Shown: positions 28,102 through 32,303 of the stretch, piece by piece
Numbering within the stretch: position 1 is the first letter of the stretch
Layout of the letters: each line of letters begins with the position of its first letter
Assembly: GCA_019695335.1 (NCBI GenBank)
Contig: JAIBAF010000042.1
Coordinates: forward strand, 1 to 32,303
Direction: 5' to 3'
Source of the DNA: a bacterium
GTDB lineage: Bacteria > CLD3 > SB21
Length of the DNA stretch: 32,303 nucleotides
Made by a program: the position numbers and the translations under genes
Notes under the pieces: generated by a model
Told to the model about the DNA's origin: nothing
The model's database searches: none
What the model saw: the letters and a program-made list of their open reading frames with translations, nothing else

Positions 28102-28911
28102 ATGACAGTACGTGCATTAACTGTTTTTATGTTCGTTTTTTTGGCAGCCTGTGCCAAAAAAGCCGATACACCCATGAAAGAAAAATTGGTCAGCGAAGAA
28201 GTTACCTATTCCGCCGACAGTGTCAATATGAAGGGATTTCTGGTTTATGATGGAGACCAAAAAGGCAAACGCCCCGGGGTACTGGTTGTACACGAGTGGT
28301 GGGGACACAATGACTATGCCCGCAAACGTGCAAAAATGTTGGCTGAAATGGGATATGTTGCGTTGGCCGTCGACATGTACGGCGATGGTAAAACAGCCGA
28401 CCATCCGGACGATGCGGGAAAATTTGCCGGTGAAGTCATGAAACGCGGACCCGGCGCCAAAGATCGTTTTATGAAGGCGATGGAAATTCTGAAAGCCAAT
28501 CCGAATTGCGATCCGGATAAAATTGCTGCGATCGGTTATTGTTTCGGCGGATCGACCGTTCTAAATATGGCGCGTCAGGGCGTCGACCTGAAAGGCGTCG
28601 TCAGCTTCCACGGCGGTCTTAATACCGAAACACCGGCAAAAAAAGGCGAAGTCAAATCACGTGTCCTCGTCTGCACAGGCGCAGCCGATCCGTTTATCCC
28701 GAAAGAACAAGTGGACGGTTTCAAAAAAGAAATGGATGACGCCGGCGTCAACTATGCCGTCAAATCTTACGAAGGCGCGATCCATTCTTTCACGAATCCC
28801 GGCTCCGATGTCATGGGCAAAAAATTTAATCTCCCGCTCGGCTACAATGCCGCGGCCGATACAGCTTCGTGGAATGAAATGAAGGCTTTTTTTGGCGAGA
28901 TATTTAAGTAA
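28102..28911 (+). CDS. Dienelactone hydrolase family lipoprotein
   Basis: Lipobox 'FLAAC', RBS AAGGAG upstream, and the 'IGYCFGGS' Cys-nucleophile motif with DLH-fold spacing of Asp/His. Confidence 0.85.
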   Translation: MTVRALTVFMFVFLAACAKKADTPMKEKLVSEEVTYSADSVNMKGFLVYDGDQKGKRPGVLVVHEWWGHNDYARKRAKMLAEMGYVALAVDMYGDGKTADHPDDAGKFAGEVMKRGPGAKDRFMKAMEILKANPNCDPDKIAAIGYCFGGSTVLNMARQGVDLKGVVSFHGGLNTETPAKKGEVKSRVLVCTGAADPFIPKEQVDGFKKEMDDAGVNYAVKSYEGAIHSFTNPGSDVMGKKFNLPLGYNAAADTASWNEMKAFFGEIFK

Positions 28912-28933
28912 ATCGATTGACTGAAAACTGAAT

Positions 28934-28966
28934 AACCCCTCCGATGCAATGCGTGAGGGGTTTTTA
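28934..28966. terminator. Hairpin plus T-run terminator between convergent DLH gene and FMN reductase gene
   Basis: Stem CCCCTC (28936-28941) pairs with GAGGGG (28955-28960) around a partly self-pairing loop, followed by TTTTT at 28961-28965. Confidence 0.6.
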
Positions 28967-29509
28967 GTTGGGATCAACTTGAATTTTTTTCGAAATCGCT
29001 GCTGTCAATGCCTCTACCGATTTAATAATCTTTCCCGCAATCTCCTGATCAGCTATCATTCCCGCTTCATCGAATTTATTTCCGGGTATAGGAATAACCA
29101 ATGACGCTTCGGGAACGACTAATCCCATCATGACTGTCAGCGTTTCATTCAACGACGGCACCGCAAATTTTGAACTCGGCGTCGTATTGATCAGCGCAAT
29201 CGGTTTGTGCATGATCTCGCCGCTGCCGACGACCCAATCGAATGCATTTTTCAAAACGCCCGGAACGCCGTGTGCATATTCCGGACACGCGATTATTAAA
29301 CCATCGGATTTTTTTACCAATTCGCGCCAGTCGATGATCGATTGCGGCGGTGAACTTTCAATGTCGGGATTAAATGGCGGCAATTCACCCAGACCGTCGA
29401 AGACATCGATGCGAGTTCCTTGCGGCGCCAACTTCGACGCGGCGTGGAGTAGAATAGTATTTTTAGAGAAACGGCTTAAACTGCCGGAAATAGCAAGAAT
29501 ATGGATCAT
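28964..29509 (-). CDS. NAD(P)H-dependent FMN reductase family oxidoreductase
   Basis: 'MIHILAISGSLSRFSKN...ACPEYAHGVPGVLKNAFDW' is the flavodoxin-like NADPH-dependent FMN reductase pattern (PF03358-like). It is the last gene of a 4-gene minus-strand operon. Confidence 0.75.
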   Translation of the reverse strand: MIHILAISGSLSRFSKNTILLHAASKLAPQGTRIDVFDGLGELPPFNPDIESSPPQSIIDWRELVKKSDGLIIACPEYAHGVPGVLKNAFDWVVGSGEIMHKPIALINTTPSSKFAVPSLNETLTVMMGLVVPEASLVIPIPGNKFDEAGMIADQEIAGKIIKSVEALTAAISKKIQVDPN

Positions 29510-29522
29510 GAAATACTAAACC

Positions 29523-31004
29523 TTACTTTGCGCCTGCTTCCTGTAAAATTTTGACAATCTCTTCGTTTTTCTTTTCAAGCGCAAGTTTAAGCGGAGAAAT
29601 GATCCGCCCCTCTGTCGACGTATTCGTTTTCCAAGTGAAGTTATCATTGGCGACCACTATTCCTCCCCATTTATACGTATACGTCTTGCTGGGTCGATTG
29701 ACATCGGCATTGTGCCGGATCAGAAATCGTACGACGTCGGCCTGATTTTTCGATACCGCGAGCAGTAATGGCGTATACCCGTGCCAATCTTGCCGCCGTT
29801 CCTGACCTTTGACCTCTTCATCGTCGTATTGGCCTCGCTGGACTTCAAGTCCGTCAAATGCATAGCTGTTAACATCCATCCCATAATCCAGTATAAGCTG
29901 GGTGCGAGACATATTGCTGTCTTCGATCGCGGTGTACAACAAACCTCCGATACAAAGCAAATCGTGATTGGGCGATCCGTCAGCGCCTGACGAATCTTCA
30001 CGAACTTCAGAAATAATATTGCGTCCGATAGAAATGGAAAAATCTCTAAACGATGCGGTCAACCCGTTGAGATATCGAAATGCTCCGCCGGGCGCTTGCG
30101 GGGGAGGCGGAGGCGCCATGTCCCAAATGGCCGCTTTTTGCAAAGGAGTTTCATTCGGAATGGATCCGATAATAGCCTCCGCTACTTCAAAAAATTCAGA
30201 AGCCGGGACCTGATCGTTCACTGATATATTAAAATGACGGCCTTTAACATAACCGATTTTACCAAGCTCCGCCGTAAGCCACGCCAATTTGGTTCTAAAT
30301 TCGGCGATGTTCAATTGGCCGTCCACACGTGCAATTTTAATAGGATGCGAAACTCGACCGAACGATGAAGGGCGAGTAGCCGCTACTGCCTGAGCCCTGG
30401 CTCTATGAGCGCGTTTGGCCGTCAACTGTTTCGCTTGTTTCTGATCAATCGTTTTTTCTTTTTGTTCTTCCAATGGCTTTTCAAGCGAGTAAGGAATCGG
30501 ATCGTCCGGCGGAAGGTCGGGCGGAGCTTCATAAACAGGATGCAGATACGTTGCCATCCAGATGTCCGTTGGTGTAATATTGACTTGGTGATTGAGCCCG
30601 TACCCTTGCATAGCCAAAACAGGTATTTCTAATACGCGGTGATCCGGAAGTGTCCACAGCAACCGCGTTTCATTAAATTGATTTCGAAGCGTGTTGTAGA
30701 CCATCATTACCAGTAACTGTGATGCAACATTCTTTCGCACATCAACTATTAAACGCGAAGAATAGGTTCGGCCTGAATAATATTCCGAATCATTTCTTGC
30801 AGCCTGCACGTATCCTAGTGAGTCTGACAAAGCCGGAATCTCCCATGAGCCTGGCAGCGAATCCAAATTCATAATCATCTTGCCGTCGGACCACGTCATG
30901 GCCGAATCTCCGATCGCGATTCGAACGGTAAACAATTCTTCCTGCTTTTTCGAGCAACTCAAAAGACACAAGCTGATAAATGCCACAAACAAAAATAATT
31001 TCAT
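29523..31004 (-). CDS. Lipoprotein with central ExbD/TolR-like segment, polyproline linker and C-terminal ankyrin repeats
   Basis: Lipobox 'LLSCS' and GGAGG RBS. A segment 'HPIKIARVDGQLNIA...VPASEFFEVAEAI' resembles the ExbD periplasmic domain; this is from memory and not a firm call. 'APPPPPQAPGG' linker. Ankyrin repeats are clear ('GYTPLLLAVSKNQADVVRFLIRHNADVN'), with at least two to three copies. Confidence 0.6.
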   Translation of the reverse strand: MKLFLFVAFISLCLLSCSKKQEELFTVRIAIGDSAMTWSDGKMIMNLDSLPGSWEIPALSDSLGYVQAARNDSEYYSGRTYSSRLIVDVRKNVASQLLVMMVYNTLRNQFNETRLLWTLPDHRVLEIPVLAMQGYGLNHQVNITPTDIWMATYLHPVYEAPPDLPPDDPIPYSLEKPLEEQKEKTIDQKQAKQLTAKRAHRARAQAVAATRPSSFGRVSHPIKIARVDGQLNIAEFRTKLAWLTAELGKIGYVKGRHFNISVNDQVPASEFFEVAEAIIGSIPNETPLQKAAIWDMAPPPPPQAPGGAFRYLNGLTASFRDFSISIGRNIISEVREDSSGADGSPNHDLLCIGGLLYTAIEDSNMSRTQLILDYGMDVNSYAFDGLEVQRGQYDDEEVKGQERRQDWHGYTPLLLAVSKNQADVVRFLIRHNADVNRPSKTYTYKWGGIVVANDNFTWKTNTSTEGRIISPLKLALEKKNEEIVKILQEAGAK

Positions 31005-31022
31005 GTTCCTCCGTCTTATCAG

Positions 31023-32030
31023 CTACATTTTTGAAAGAATTTCTGCTTTTTTGGCTTTGTATTCATCTTCGGAAATCAATTGATTGTCGAACATCTTTTT
31101 GAGTTTTTCGAGTTTCTGCATCGGATCGTCTTCCGATTTCTGTTGGGTATTCATCGTATTCATAGCGTTGCCCATCGCCTGTCCGAGGCCGAGTCCTGCC
31201 GTCAGGCTCGCACCGAGTCCGGCAATACCGCCTTCATTTTTCGCCGCGTTGTTCAGCGCTTCTAATTGCTGCTTCTGCGCGTAATTGATGCCCAGCGCAT
31301 TCAGGGCCTGCGCTTCCGCCGTCATATCGGCAATTTTGTTGATGCGCGCCTCCGTCGCTTCGTCAAAACTCGTTCCTTCGATCCGCACGTCCAGCATTTC
31401 AAATCCAAGATCGGCGCAAATCGTTTTTAATTTTACTTCCAACGCGGCGGCAATTTCTTCACGATTGGCATCCACTTCCGTGTAGGCATATCGCGAGGTG
31501 GCCAGAATGTCGGTCAAAGGCTGCGTAATGCGGGAGGAAATGATTTTCTGCAGATCTTCCACTTTATACAGTTCGGCCCCGGCCACTACTTTTCGGAAAA
31601 ATTCTTTCGGCTCAAGAATACGGATCGAGTAATTACCGTACGCGCCAAGCCCGACGGGAAACTTATATTTCGGATCCTCATATTTAACCACCGACGTCGT
31701 GCCCCAGCGCACGTTGAGAATATTCGCCTTCCGGAAAAAATAGATTCCGACTTTATGCTCGCTCTCGAACGCCTGCATCAATTTAATCGTCGTCGTCCAA
31801 AAAGGAATATTGTCCGTTTCTAAACTGAACAACCCTTCATCTTTCAATTCCGCTTCGACTTTGCCTTCGTATACAAAAATGCAGCCGACGCCGGGACTGA
31901 CGATAAGCTTCGACGCGTTTTTAATTTCATCGCCGTTTTCGCTCCACTTGAAAAACAGAACATTCGGATCGGGATTCGACCACTCGATAACGGACCGCAG
32001 TTGTTTTTTGATTCCATCCATTAAGCCCAT
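31023..32030 (-). CDS. SPFH/band-7-like domain protein (COG4260/PF13421-type) with C-terminal SHOCT domain
   Basis: N-terminus 'MGLMDGIKKQLRSVIEWSNPDPNVLFFKW' matches the PF13421 family start. A C-terminal Ala/Gly/Gln-rich linker is followed by 'LISEDEYKAKKAEIL', a SHOCT-like motif. The AGGAG RBS overlaps the upstream gene's stop. Confidence 0.7.
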   Translation of the reverse strand: MGLMDGIKKQLRSVIEWSNPDPNVLFFKWSENGDEIKNASKLIVSPGVGCIFVYEGKVEAELKDEGLFSLETDNIPFWTTTIKLMQAFESEHKVGIYFFRKANILNVRWGTTSVVKYEDPKYKFPVGLGAYGNYSIRILEPKEFFRKVVAGAELYKVEDLQKIISSRITQPLTDILATSRYAYTEVDANREEIAAALEVKLKTICADLGFEMLDVRIEGTSFDEATEARINKIADMTAEAQALNALGINYAQKQQLEALNNAAKNEGGIAGLGASLTAGLGLGQAMGNAMNTMNTQQKSEDDPMQKLEKLKKMFDNQLISEDEYKAKKAEILSKM

Positions 32031-32039
32031 AATTGCTCC

Positions 32040-32303
32040 TTATTTTGCCCTGTTTTTAATTTGTTCGATCAATGCTTTATCGCCTATTTCAATAATTTCT
32101 AATTTACCGAGAAATTGCACGTTCGCGCCTTCTTCGATTTTCACGCCGCCTTTGATGGTCACGTTCGAATTTTTTCCGAAAACAACATTGGCGCCTTTCG
32201 CAATAATCACTTTCGGATTGGCCGGCGTTTCGGGAACGATTTTGAAAAGCGTGTGGCAGTAATTACACCGGATTCTATCATTACCTTCTTCCGTTCCATC
32301 CGC
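32040..32303 (-). CDS. Hypothetical protein, 3' fragment (5' end outside window): CxxC half-zinc-ribbon followed by β-helix-like repeats (bactofilin/hexapeptide-like)
   Basis: My own translation of the minus strand gives '...GNDRIRCNYCHTLFKIVPETPANPKVIIAKGANVVFGKNSNVTIKGGVKIEEGANVQFLGKLEIIEIGDKALIEQIKNRAK*'. It runs open to the window edge and ends in TAA at 32040-32042, 9 nt before the SPFH start. It is not in the supplied ORF track because it is truncated. Confidence 0.5.
   Translation of the reverse strand, partial: ADGTEEGNDRIRCNYCHTLFKIVPETPANPKVIIAKGANVVFGKNSNVTIKGGVKIEEGANVQFLGKLEIIEIGDKALIEQIKNRAK

Noticed and set aside
31810-32262. 150-aa plus-strand ORF spanning the SPFH start and the upstream partial gene
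   Set aside because: It is Ser/Pro/Phe-rich and antisense to two minus-strand genes that have coherent domain content and an RBS.
1-32303. CRISPR arrays, tRNA/rRNA genes, IS elements/integrases, prophage genes
   Set aside because: No tandem repeat-spacer periodicity, no cloverleaf-capable conserved tRNA boxes in the short intergenic regions, and no transposase- or integrase-like ORFs. The window looks like core/accessory chromosomal operons.

Overview
This 32.3 kb window is densely coding bacterial chromosome (about 30 CDSs, roughly 90% coding). I found no rRNA, tRNA, CRISPR array, transposase/integrase or large repeat.

The gene content points to a didermic (Gram-negative-type) bacterium: a TolC-family outer-membrane channel, a TamB-like giant inner-membrane protein, and lipoproteins with lipobox cysteines. 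Several genes have clear Shine-Dalgarno sites (AGGAGG/AAGGAG), and GTG/TTG starts occur (yhbH TTG, tatD GTG).

Genes from start to end:
- 3' part of prkA (Ser protein kinase, AAA-type) plus yhbH/yeaH (DUF444/vWA). No spoVR follows; a strong bidirectional terminator does.
- On the minus strand, a tripartite MacAB-TolC-like ABC efflux operon: TolC-like channel, HlyD adaptor, ABC ATPase, FtsX/MacB permease.
- tamB-like gene (1395 aa) abutting tatD (TGA-GTG junction).
- pyrD, diverging from tamB.
- A four-gene minus-strand module: secreted alpha/beta hydrolase, 61-aa two-TM mini-protein, LytS-type histidine kinase, LytTR response regulator. Its upstream region carries repeated TAAGC motifs.
- A long-form acyl-CoA dehydrogenase, diverging from that module.
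- A YciI-like gene.
- A DsrE-like, YdeP-family Mo-oxidoreductase, fdhD operon.
- A cyclodeaminase, mini-TM protein, GAF-PP2C phosphatase operon.
- MBL-fold hydrolase and ubiE.
- S41 peptidase and a dienelactone-hydrolase lipoprotein.
- A final minus-strand operon: β-helix/Zn-ribbon protein (partial), SPFH+SHOCT protein, ExbD-like/ankyrin-repeat lipoprotein, NAD(P)H-FMN reductase.

The four clusters I would examine first are the LytS/LytTR module with its mini-protein and exported hydrolase, the DsrE-YdeP-FdhD operon, the SPFH/ankyrin-lipoprotein operon, and the cyclodeaminase/mini-TM/GAF-PP2C operon. All protein calls rest on motif recognition by eye plus operon context; no database search was possible.
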